In this document: positions 56,646-64,000 of the stretch, in pieces
Layout of the letters: the number at the start of each line of letters is the position of its first letter
Position numbering within the stretch: the stretch's first letter is position 1
NCBI GenBank assembly: GCA_050949085.1
Contig: JBMNFB010000009.1
Span: 352,446 to 416,445, forward strand
Reading direction: 5' to 3'
Length of the DNA: 64,000 nt
Origin: Bacillota bacterium
GTDB taxonomy: Bacteria; Bacillota; UBA994; UBA5500
Program-made: the position numbers and the translations under genes
Notes under the pieces: generated by a model
What the model saw: the letters and a program-made list of their open reading frames with translations, nothing else
Database searches by the model: none
What the model was told of the DNA's origin: nothing

Positions 56646-58016
56646 TCAACTCAACGCCTGCTGCAGCGCCTCGGCTACCTGCGAAACGCCGATCAGTTGT
56701 ACATCTGGATTCTGGTAGCCAGAGCGCAGGTTGCTCCTGGGCAGGATGATCCGCTGAAAACCCAGTTTTACGGCCTCGTTTACCCGGCTCTCCAGGCGGC
56801 TGACGCCGCGCACTTCACCGGCCAGCCCGACCTCACCCAGGATCAGGTCACGCGGACCCGGCGCCCGCTCCCGGAAACTGGAGACAATGGCTACCGCCAG
56901 CCCCAGATCGGCGGCCGGCTCCAGAACCTTGACGCCGCCCACCGCGTTGACATAGGTGTCCTGAAACTGCAGTTGCAGGCCGAGGCGCTTCTCCAGCACA
57001 GCCAGGATCATAGCCACACGGCTGTTGTCCACGCCGGACGTCATCCGGCGCGGCGTGCCCAGCGTGCTGGGGGCCACGAGAGCCTGCAATTCCACGAGAA
57101 TTGGGCGCGTACCCTCCATGGCGGCAACCACCACCGAACCGGCCACGCCGATCGGTCGCTCACCGAGAAACAGCTCCGAGGGGTTCTCCACCTCGCGCAA
57201 CCCGGCCTCGCCCATCTGAAAAACGCCGATCTCGTTGGTGGAGCCAAAACGGTTCTTGACCCCGCGCAACACCCGGAATGACTGATGCCGTTCGCCCTCG
57301 AAATAAAGAACAGCATCCACCATGTGCTCCAGCACCCGGGGGCCAGCGATGGCGCCGTCCTTGGTCACATGCCCCACCAGGAAAACGACGGCTCCAGTCT
57401 GCTTGGCATAGCGGATCAGGCGGGACGCGCACTCCCGGATCTGGGTCACTGTCCCAGGGGCTGAACTCAGGTTGGCATCATAGACGGTCTGGATGGAGTC
57501 AATGACGGCCACCTGCGGCCTGGTCAGCTCCAGCTGGGCCAGGATAGTGGCCAGCTCGGTCTCCGCCGCCAACAGGATCGGGCCGCTCCTCACTTTGAGC
57601 CGATCTGCCCTCAGTTTGGTCTGTTCCACCGATTCCTCGCCCGATATGTAAAGCACTGTAGCGTCCCTTGCAGCCAGCTGACCAGCCAGCTGCATGAGGA
57701 TCGTCGATTTGCCGATCCCTGGATCGCCCCCCAGCAGGATCGCTTCGCCCGGGACGATGCCTCCGCCCAGCACACGGTCCAGCTCAGCGATCTGGGTGGG
57801 AATGCGCATTATCGGTCGCTGATCAATTTCCTCCAGTCGGGCCGGCGCCTGCACTCTCGCCCGGGTCGGCAGATTTGGCGCTGTCGCCTCAATAACTTCC
57901 TCCTGCAGGGTACCCCATTCGCCGCACTCCGGACAGCGGCCCAGCCATCTGGCGGTCTCGTATCCGCAGGCTTGGCAGACATACTTGCTCCTTCGCTTGA
58001 TACCCCTCACCCCCAT
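56646..58016 (-). CDS. radA: DNA repair protein RadA/Sms
   Basis: Zinc ribbon CQACGYETARWLGRCPECGEWG, Walker A GGDPGIGKST, KNRFG, Lon-like C-domain. Confidence 0.94.
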   Translation of the reverse strand: MGVRGIKRRSKYVCQACGYETARWLGRCPECGEWGTLQEEVIEATAPNLPTRARVQAPARLEEIDQRPIMRIPTQIAELDRVLGGGIVPGEAILLGGDPGIGKSTILMQLAGQLAARDATVLYISGEESVEQTKLRADRLKVRSGPILLAAETELATILAQLELTRPQVAVIDSIQTVYDANLSSAPGTVTQIRECASRLIRYAKQTGAVVFLVGHVTKDGAIAGPRVLEHMVDAVLYFEGERHQSFRVLRGVKNRFGSTNEIGVFQMGEAGLREVENPSELFLGERPIGVAGSVVVAAMEGTRPILVELQALVAPSTLGTPRRMTSGVDNSRVAMILAVLEKRLGLQLQFQDTYVNAVGGVKVLEPAADLGLAVAIVSSFRERAPGPRDLILGEVGLAGEVRGVSRLESRVNEAVKLGFQRIILPRSNLRSGYQNPDVQLIGVSQVAEALQQALS

Positions 58017-58056
58017 CTCCCATTATACCATTATCTGACTAGCACCAAAACAGGTC

Positions 58057-58105
58057 GAGAAAAACAAAGAGGGGTGCCGCCGAACCTGACGTTCAGCAAC
58101 ACCCC
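58057..58105 (-). terminator. Rho-independent terminator after clpC
   Basis: Minus strand 15-bp hairpin GGGGTGTTGCTGAAC-gtcag-GTTCGGCGGCACCCC (includes G-T wobbles) followed by TCTTTGTTTTTCTC. Confidence 0.75.
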
Positions 58106-58128
58106 CCTGACAGTGCCTGACCAGTATC

Positions 58129-60564
58129 CTATTCTCTGGGTTGCCGCTGGAAGACCAGCTTGCCGTCTTCTGTCGTAACCAGCACATGATCGCCCTCGCG
58201 GAATTCGCGGGCCAGGATCTTCTCGGAGAGTTCATCCTCAACCTTACGCTGAATGGCTCGCCGCAACGGCCGGGCGCCAAAGGTCGGATCGTAGCCCTCT
58301 TCCGCCAGCAGATCCTTGGCCGACTCGTCCAGCTCAATGCCGATGCCCATTTCGTCCAGGCGTTTCTTCAGGTCAGCCGCCATCAGATCCACAATCTCCC
58401 GCAGTTGCTCTTTGTTCAGCTGGTGGAAGACGATGATCTCGTCGATGCGGTTGAGGAACTCCGGACGGAAGGCGCGCTTCAGCTCGTCGGTAACCCGCTT
58501 CTTCATCGTCTCGTATTGATCCTCAGCCTGGACGTCCTCGTCGGCAGTGGCGAAACCAAGGCTCGAACCGCGCTTGATCGTCTCGACGCCTACGTTGGAG
58601 GTCATGATCAGGACGGCATTCCGGAAGTCCACGGTACGGCCCTTGCCATCCGTGAGGCGGCCGTCCTCCAGCACCTGGAGCAGCACGTTGAACACCTCCG
58701 GATGCGCCTTCTCAATCTCGTCCAGCAGCACCACCGAATAAGGCTTGCGGCGAACTGCCTCGGTCAGCTGACCACCCTCGTCGTAACCGACGTAACCAGG
58801 CGGGGCACCGACCAGCCGGGACACAGCGTGGCGCTCCATATATTCGGACATGTCGATGCGAACCATGGAATCCTCCTGGCCGAAGAGTGCTGCAGCCAAT
58901 GCTCTGGCCAGTTCGGTCTTGCCGACACCCGTTGGCCCCAGGAAGATGAACGAGCCGACTGGGCGCTTCGGATCCTTAAGCCCGGAGTGGGCACGCCGTA
59001 TCGCGCGGGAGACCGCCTTCACCGCTTCGCTCTGGCCGACGACTCGCTCATGCAGGATCTTCTCCAGGTTGAGCAGGCGCTCCGCCTCCCCTTCCTCCAT
59101 CTTGTTGACCGGGATGCCGGTCCAGCTGGAGACGATCTGGGCAATATCTTCTTCGCTTACCGCCGCCTCGGCGGTGATGCGCTCCTTTTCCCAGGCGCTC
59201 TTCTTCTCGTCCAGCTCCACCTGCAGCTTCCGCTCCTCATCGCGCAGCGTAGCCGCCCGCTCGAAGTTTTCGGCGCGCTTGGCTGCCTCCTTCTCCTGAC
59301 GGATCAGCGCCAGGCGTTCCTCCATCTCCTTCAGCTCGCCGGGGGCAGTATGCGCTGCCAGGCGTACCCGGCTGGAGGCTTCGTCAATGAGATCGATGGC
59401 CTTGTCGGGGAGGAAACGGTCGGAGATGAAGCGATCGGAGAGTCGCACCGCGGCCACCAGCGCCTCGTCGGTGATCTTGACGCGGTGATGTGCTTCGTAA
59501 CGGTCGCGTAACCCCTTGAGTATCTCCAGCGCCTCCTCCGTCGTCGGCTCATCCACCATCACCGGCTGGAAGCGACGCGCCAGAGCGGCATCCTTCTCCA
59601 CATGCTTGCGATATTCATCCAGCGTCGTAGCACCGATGCACTGCAGTTCGCCTCGGGCCAGGGCCGGTTTCAGTATGTTGGAGGCGTCGATGGCGCCCTC
59701 GGCTCCGCCGGCGCCGATCAGGGTATGCAGCTCGTCGATGAAGATGATCACGTTGCCGGCCTGCTGAATCTCCTGAATCACCTTTTTCAGCCGCTCCTCA
59801 AACTCGCCCCGATACTTGGTGCCGGCGACGATGGAGGCGAGATCGAGAGTCATCACCCGTTTGTTCTTGAGGATGTCGGGCACGGTGCCTGCATAGATAC
59901 TCTGGGCCAAGCCTTCGGCGATGGCTGTCTTGCCGACACCAGGCTCGCCGATTAAAATCGGGTTGTTCTTGGTGCGCCGGCTGAGGATCTGGATGACGCG
60001 CTCAATCTCCTGACTGCGCCCCACCACGGGATCCAGTTTTCCCTGCTGAGCCAGGGCAGTAAGATCCCGGCCGAACGAGTCCAGCGTCGGAGTGTTCCCT
60101 CCGCCAGCCACCCTGCTGGCCGCCTGGCTCGGGCTCGCCCCGGGTTTGCCGCCGCCACTCTGCCCCAGGGCAGCGCGCACGCTGTCCGGGCTCACGCCCA
60201 GCCCTTCCATCACCTTGGCTGCAACTCCGGTGCCCTCGCGAATCAGACCGAGAAGCAGGTGATCGCTGTCGATGGCGGGCATGCCGCTGCTGCGCGCTTC
60301 AAACAGCGCTATCTCCAGCACCTTCTTCACTCGAGCTGAGTAGCCCCTGACGTCACTGCCTGACTCGCCCGTGCCGATGATCTGCTCAATGGTGGTTCGC
60401 ACCTGATCGGCCGACACCCCGATCTTCTTGGAGAGCTCCTCCCCTTCCTGCAAGATAGCCAATAACAAATGTTCAGTTCCCACCACCTGGTGCCCCAGGC
60501 GACGGGCTTCTTTTTCCGCCAGTACCATGATTCGCTGCGCCTGAGGCGTCAACGGAAACATCAT
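58129..60564 (-). CDS. clpC: ATP-dependent Clp protease ATP-binding subunit ClpC
   Basis: Clp N-repeat, two AAA+ modules ([16 protein letters not shown]), UVR linker. Confidence 0.96.
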   Translation of the reverse strand: MMFPLTPQAQRIMVLAEKEARRLGHQVVGTEHLLLAILQEGEELSKKIGVSADQVRTTIEQIIGTGESGSDVRGYSARVKKVLEIALFEARSSGMPAIDSDHLLLGLIREGTGVAAKVMEGLGVSPDSVRAALGQSGGGKPGASPSQAASRVAGGGNTPTLDSFGRDLTALAQQGKLDPVVGRSQEIERVIQILSRRTKNNPILIGEPGVGKTAIAEGLAQSIYAGTVPDILKNKRVMTLDLASIVAGTKYRGEFEERLKKVIQEIQQAGNVIIFIDELHTLIGAGGAEGAIDASNILKPALARGELQCIGATTLDEYRKHVEKDAALARRFQPVMVDEPTTEEALEILKGLRDRYEAHHRVKITDEALVAAVRLSDRFISDRFLPDKAIDLIDEASSRVRLAAHTAPGELKEMEERLALIRQEKEAAKRAENFERAATLRDEERKLQVELDEKKSAWEKERITAEAAVSEEDIAQIVSSWTGIPVNKMEEGEAERLLNLEKILHERVVGQSEAVKAVSRAIRRAHSGLKDPKRPVGSFIFLGPTGVGKTELARALAAALFGQEDSMVRIDMSEYMERHAVSRLVGAPPGYVGYDEGGQLTEAVRRKPYSVVLLDEIEKAHPEVFNVLLQVLEDGRLTDGKGRTVDFRNAVLIMTSNVGVETIKRGSSLGFATADEDVQAEDQYETMKKRVTDELKRAFRPEFLNRIDEIIVFHQLNKEQLREIVDLMAADLKKRLDEMGIGIELDESAKDLLAEEGYDPTFGARPLRRAIQRKVEDELSEKILAREFREGDHVLVTTEDGKLVFQRQPRE

Positions 60565-60590
60565 CGATCTATCCCTCCTTTAGGCTCATG

Positions 60591-61661
60591 TTAATCCTTA
60601 GCCTGTAAGCGTTCTCTCACCAGTTCGGCGCGCTTCTGATCGCGCTCTGCCTCGCCCAGCTGCTGATCGGCCAGTCGCTGAACCATCGCCGGCTGGCTCA
60701 TCACCAGCAGCTGGCTGAAGGCCCGGGTCGAAGGCACATCGATCAATTCTAGGTCAGCCCCCAGCTTCACGTCCGACAGCAGCCGCATCGACTCCTGGGA
60801 AGTCAGCAACCGGGCATTGGTCAAAACCCCATAGGAGCGGTAAACGCGATCCTCCAGGACTACCCGGGCGGCCTTGAGCACTGCCTGCCGGCTGGCTCGC
60901 TCCTGCTCAATCAGCTGGCGGATGACTGCGCCCAGGTTCTGCAGAATCTCTTCTTCGCTCGGCCCCAGCGTGATCTGGTTGGAGATCTGAAACACATCCC
61001 CCGAGCTCTCAGTCCCTTCTCCGTAGAGCCCGCGGACTACCAGGCCTACCTTCGAAATCGCCGCCAGCATGTTGCCTATCTGCTGTGTCATCACCAGCCC
61101 CGGCAGGTGTACCATCACCGAAGCCCGGAGGCCCGTGCCTACGTTGGTCGGGCAGGCCGTCAGATAGCCATGCGTCTGGTCAAAGGCATATTCGAACCTG
61201 CCCTCCAGCCAGTCATCGCAACGACTGGCCATTCGATAGCATTCCTCCAGCTGGAGACCGGATAGCAGACACTGGATCCGCAGATGATCCTCCTCGTTGA
61301 TCATGATGCTGATTGCCTCATCATCGCGAACCAGCATCGCGGCACCTGCATGGCGGCTGCGCGCCAGGTCACGACTGATCAGGTGCTTCTCCACCAGCAC
61401 CTCGCGATCGAGGCGGTCGAGGTCTGCCATCCTCACCAGCCGCAGACGGCCAACATCGCCGTGCTGGCTGCCGAGCACGACAAGATCGTCCACTTCCTGC
61501 AGCATCCGCTTAGCGTCCGTCTCCTGCATCAGATGAGGAAAGGGATAGCCGCGCAGATTCCGTGCCAGCCGCACGCGGCTGGTGATCACCACATCGGCAT
61601 CCGGCCCCTGATCGACTATCCAGCGACTACCTAACTCAGCAAATAAGCTGTCGCGCCGCAT
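60591..61661 (-). CDS. mcsB: Protein arginine kinase McsB
   Basis: ATP:guanido phosphotransferase domain (LTACPTNVGTGLRASV). Synteny. Confidence 0.93.
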   Translation of the reverse strand: MRRDSLFAELGSRWIVDQGPDADVVITSRVRLARNLRGYPFPHLMQETDAKRMLQEVDDLVVLGSQHGDVGRLRLVRMADLDRLDREVLVEKHLISRDLARSRHAGAAMLVRDDEAISIMINEEDHLRIQCLLSGLQLEECYRMASRCDDWLEGRFEYAFDQTHGYLTACPTNVGTGLRASVMVHLPGLVMTQQIGNMLAAISKVGLVVRGLYGEGTESSGDVFQISNQITLGPSEEEILQNLGAVIRQLIEQERASRQAVLKAARVVLEDRVYRSYGVLTNARLLTSQESMRLLSDVKLGADLELIDVPSTRAFSQLLVMSQPAMVQRLADQQLGEAERDQKRAELVRERLQAKD

Positions 61662-62200
61662 TACTCCTTACCCCCCTCGGTCTGCTCCAGCTCCTGCCGC
61701 AGCTCACGAATCTGATCGCGCAGCTGGGCCGCCTTTTCAAACTCCTCCTGATCTACAGCCTGCTGCAACTCCGCACTCAGGCGGCGGATCTGCTGCTCCA
61801 CCTTGACTACGCCCCCGGTGCGTTCCGGAATCTTCCCCGTATGTTTCGTCGTGCCCTGAATCCGGCGCAGCAGCGGGTCCAGCTGCCGATCAAAAGCCTG
61901 ATAGCATTCGCCGCAGCCGAGGCGCCCGCTCTGGCTGAACTGCGCATAGCTCAGCCCGCAGGCAGGGCACTTGATCGTCTGCGCCGACGGGACGTCAGCA
62001 GATCCCTTACCGGTCCCCATATCCAGCAATCCGGCCAGAAGGCTATGGATGGAGAACCCGGGATTAAACCCAAATGATAGATCCAGATCACCCATCTGGC
62101 GTGCGCATTGCTCGCAGAGGTGATATTCGGTCTTCTGGTTGTTGACGACCTTTGTGTAGTGCACCGTCGCCGCTCGTTCCTTACACTCCTGACAAAGCAT
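61661..62200 (-). CDS. mcsA: McsA (UvrB/UvrC-motif, zinc-finger activator of McsB)
   Basis: MLCQECKERAATVHYTKVV...HLCEQCA, further CxxC pairs, C-terminal UVR motif. Confidence 0.9.
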   Translation of the reverse strand: MLCQECKERAATVHYTKVVNNQKTEYHLCEQCARQMGDLDLSFGFNPGFSIHSLLAGLLDMGTGKGSADVPSAQTIKCPACGLSYAQFSQSGRLGCGECYQAFDRQLDPLLRRIQGTTKHTGKIPERTGGVVKVEQQIRRLSAELQQAVDQEEFEKAAQLRDQIRELRQELEQTEGGKE

Positions 62201-62253
62201 CTTCCTGACCCTCTTTCCCTATCAGATTAGTGAGGACTTGAAAATCTAACTAT

Positions 62254-62715
62254 CTAGCTATGCCGGTAGGCAGCAAGCAGCATCGACTTAAGAATCCTGG
62301 CCCGCAGCACATCGCGCCAGGGCAGTTCGGTCGAGAGCACGTCTCGCTGCAGTGCCGCCTGCATGATCATCGCTTCCCGTTCGTTGATGGCGCCATCGCG
62401 CAGCAGCCATTCAAGAATAGCCTCAGCGTTGCGCTGACTGATGGCCTCGTCGATAGCCTCAACCACCTTGCGAAAATCCTGCCGCGACGAAATCGGCAGG
62501 CGGGTGATGCGGATATACCCTCCGCCGCCCCGTCGCGTCTCCACATGGTAGCCGTGCTCCAGCAGGAAACGGGTAGACAGGACATAGTTGATCTGCGATG
62601 GGGCACAGGCAAAATGCTCCGCCAACTGAGCTCTCTGCAGGTCAACCGATCCATCGCTGCTCTGAGCAAGCAGTGCTTTAAGATACCGCTCAATAGTGTC
62701 TGCCAAGCTGGCCAT
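62254..62715 (-). CDS. ctsR: Class III stress gene repressor CtsR
   Basis: MASLADTIERYLKALL... with APSQINYVLSTRF HTH. ATG 62715; track start 62742 falls inside the operator. Confidence 0.92.
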   Translation of the reverse strand: MASLADTIERYLKALLAQSSDGSVDLQRAQLAEHFACAPSQINYVLSTRFLLEHGYHVETRRGGGGYIRITRLPISSRQDFRKVVEAIDEAISQRNAEAILEWLLRDGAINEREAMIMQAALQRDVLSTELPWRDVLRARILKSMLLAAYRHS

Positions 62716-62733
62716 ATTAACTACTCGCCCCCT

Positions 62734-62750
62734 CCTGACCATCTTTGACC
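62734..62750 (-). promoter_or_regulatory. CtsR operator (heptad direct repeat)
   Basis: Minus strand GGTCAAAgatGGTCAGG, just downstream of the -10 box. Confidence 0.75.
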
Positions 62751-62758
62751 TTGATCAA

Positions 62759-62787
62759 ATTCTAGCCCAAAGTCTGGCAGCATTCAA
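62759..62787 (-). promoter_or_regulatory. Sigma-A-type promoter of the ctsR-clpC operon
   Basis: Minus strand TTGAAT, 17 nt, TAGAAT. Confidence 0.6.
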
Positions 62788-62864
62788 CAGCCTCTCAGCT
62801 CTATTTTTGCCCGTTTTAGCCGATTGCTACAATTTACAGCTGGTTCTCGGGGTGAGACGAGTTT

Positions 62865-62881
62865 TTTGACCTTATTTGACC
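62865..62881 (-). promoter_or_regulatory. Second, perfect CtsR operator
   Basis: Minus strand GGTCAAAtaaGGTCAAA. Confidence 0.75.
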
Positions 62882-62963
62882 TTTTGAAGCCGGGACATGG
62901 CGAATTAAGGTTTGTAGCAGACTAGATCCAGAAGGCAAGAACGATGAAGGGCGGGAAGTATCA

Positions 62964-63233
62964 GTGAGCAGGCAAGACTACCGAGGCGATGTTCAGGGCG
63001 ACATTACCGTTGAAATCGACCAGAGTCCCATCTATCAATCACTGCATCCTGGCTGGCACGATACGGCGACTTTGCGCCGACCACTACAGGCGCGAGGCTG
63101 GTTCAGCAACGCCTGGGTGATGGACGGCAGGGCAGATCCGCGCCGGGGACAGCGGCTCACCGCCCTGCAGCTGGAGAATCAGCGCCTTGAGTCAAAGGGC
63201 CTTGACGATGGTGAGCCGGAAAGCAACAACTGA
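62964..63233 (+). CDS. Hypothetical protein (weakly supported ORF)
   Basis: 89-codon GTG-initiated ORF in the ctsR/EF-G gap. Weak RBS and no motif I recognise. Confidence 0.3.
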   Translation: MSRQDYRGDVQGDITVEIDQSPIYQSLHPGWHDTATLRRPLQARGWFSNAWVMDGRADPRRGQRLTALQLENQRLESKGLDDGEPESNN

Positions 63234-63303
63234 GGCAAGTCAGATATGACACGCTCCACACTGAGCACTAGCCATGTCATCCTCCTTACTGCAGCGTCGC
63301 CTG

Positions 63304-63348
63304 GATAAAAACAAGGGCCTACCGCAGCTGTATCGCGGCAGGCCCTTG
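63304..63348 (-). terminator. Rho-independent terminator after the EF-G gene
   Basis: Minus strand CAAGGGCCTGCCGC-loop-GCGGTAGGCCCTTG followed by TTTTTAT. Confidence 0.75.
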
Positions 63349-63365
63349 TGGCATCCTGTCTTCGC

Positions 63366-64000
63366 TTATTCTTCCTTCTTGGACTCGGCGATGATAGCTT
63401 CCGCCAGGTGCGCGGGGACCTCTTCATAATGCGCGTGGGACATGGTGAACGATGCCCGCCCCTGCGTCATCGAACGCAGGTCGGTGGCATAGCGAAACAT
63501 CTCCGCTAGAGGAACCATCGCCTTCACCACCTGGAAACTACCCTGAGCTTCCATGCCCAGCACGCGACCGCGCTTCTTGTTCAGGTCGCCCATGATATCG
63601 CCCATGTACTGCTCGGGAACCGTGACTTCCACATTCATGATCGGCTCCAGGAGCACCGGCCTGGCCTCCATAAAGCCCTTCTTGAAGGCCATCGAGGCGG
63701 CAATCTTAAACGCCATCTCTGAGGAGTCAACAGTATGGTAAGAACCATCGGTCAGGGCCACGGTGACATCAACGACGGGGTACCCGGCCAGCACGCCCTC
63801 TTCCATGGTCTCGCGCACGCCCTTTTCTACCGCCGGGATGTACTGCCGCGGCACTGCACCGCCGAAGATCTTATCTTCGAAGATCAGCCCTTCGCCCAGG
63901 GGCGCCGGACTCATCTCAAACCAGACGTGGCCATACTGCCCCTTGCCGCCAGACTGCTTCTTATGCTTGCCTTCCACCTTGGCCGTCCCGCGAATCGTCT
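63366..64000 (-). CDS. fusA: Elongation factor G family protein, C-terminal part (gene continues past the window end)
   Basis: [16 protein letters not shown]..., [61 protein letters not shown]. Not followed by tuf, so possibly an EF-G paralog. Confidence 0.85.
   Translation of the reverse strand, partial: TIRGTAKVEGKHKKQSGGKGQYGHVWFEMSPAPLGEGLIFEDKIFGGAVPRQYIPAVEKGVRETMEEGVLAGYPVVDVTVALTDGSYHTVDSSEMAFKIAASMAFKKGFMEARPVLLEPIMNVEVTVPEQYMGDIMGDLNKKRGRVLGMEAQGSFQVVKAMVPLAEMFRYATDLRSMTQGRASFTMSHAHYEEVPAHLAEAIIAESKKEE

Overview
Visibly GC-rich bacterial chromosome segment with the gene content and order of the origin-proximal housekeeping and sporulation region of endospore-forming Bacillota. The order closely parallels Bacillus subtilis ftsH...ctsR, and almost everything is on the minus strand. 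In coordinate order: hut operon (hutH-hutU-formimidoyltransferase-hutI); spoIIM-like gene; ftsH-hpt-tilS-spoIIE; tRNA-Met/Lys; yabR-divIC-yabQ-yabP-spoIID-yabO-hup-yabN-yabM-spoVT; a PPIase; mfd-pth-ctc-glmU-spoVG; purR; ispE; cphBA (cyanophycin); veg-rsmA-tatD-metG with a T-box leader; abrB; rplL-rplJ-rplA-rplK-nusG-secE-rpmG-tuf preceded by a Tyr-Gly-fMet-fMet-Thr tRNA operon; sigH-rlmB-thyX-mrnC-ispF-ispD-yacL-carD; disA-radA-clpC-mcsB-mcsA-ctsR; and a partial EF-G paralog. All protein calls rest on motifs recognised in the supplied translations and on synteny; no database search was possible. Several starts were moved from the ORF-track start to the first start codon with a plausible Shine-Dalgarno. 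The proteins are ordinary. The unusual content is non-coding. (1) A 68-nt double-hairpin unit occurs as tandem arrays at 1-240 and 56311-56599 and as a single inverted copy at 30421-30490; every stem difference between loci is a compensatory pair. (2) Two diverged copies of a 300-415-nt inverted-repeat-bounded structured element lie at 30377-30790 and 42089-42384. The second sits between the metG T-box terminator and the metG start codon. I cannot assign either family to a described repeat or RNA class from memory. Other points: tuf is broken by a 1-nt insertion, the initiator tRNA plus a palindrome-bearing spacer is tandemly duplicated, and cphAB interrupts the veg-ispE block.
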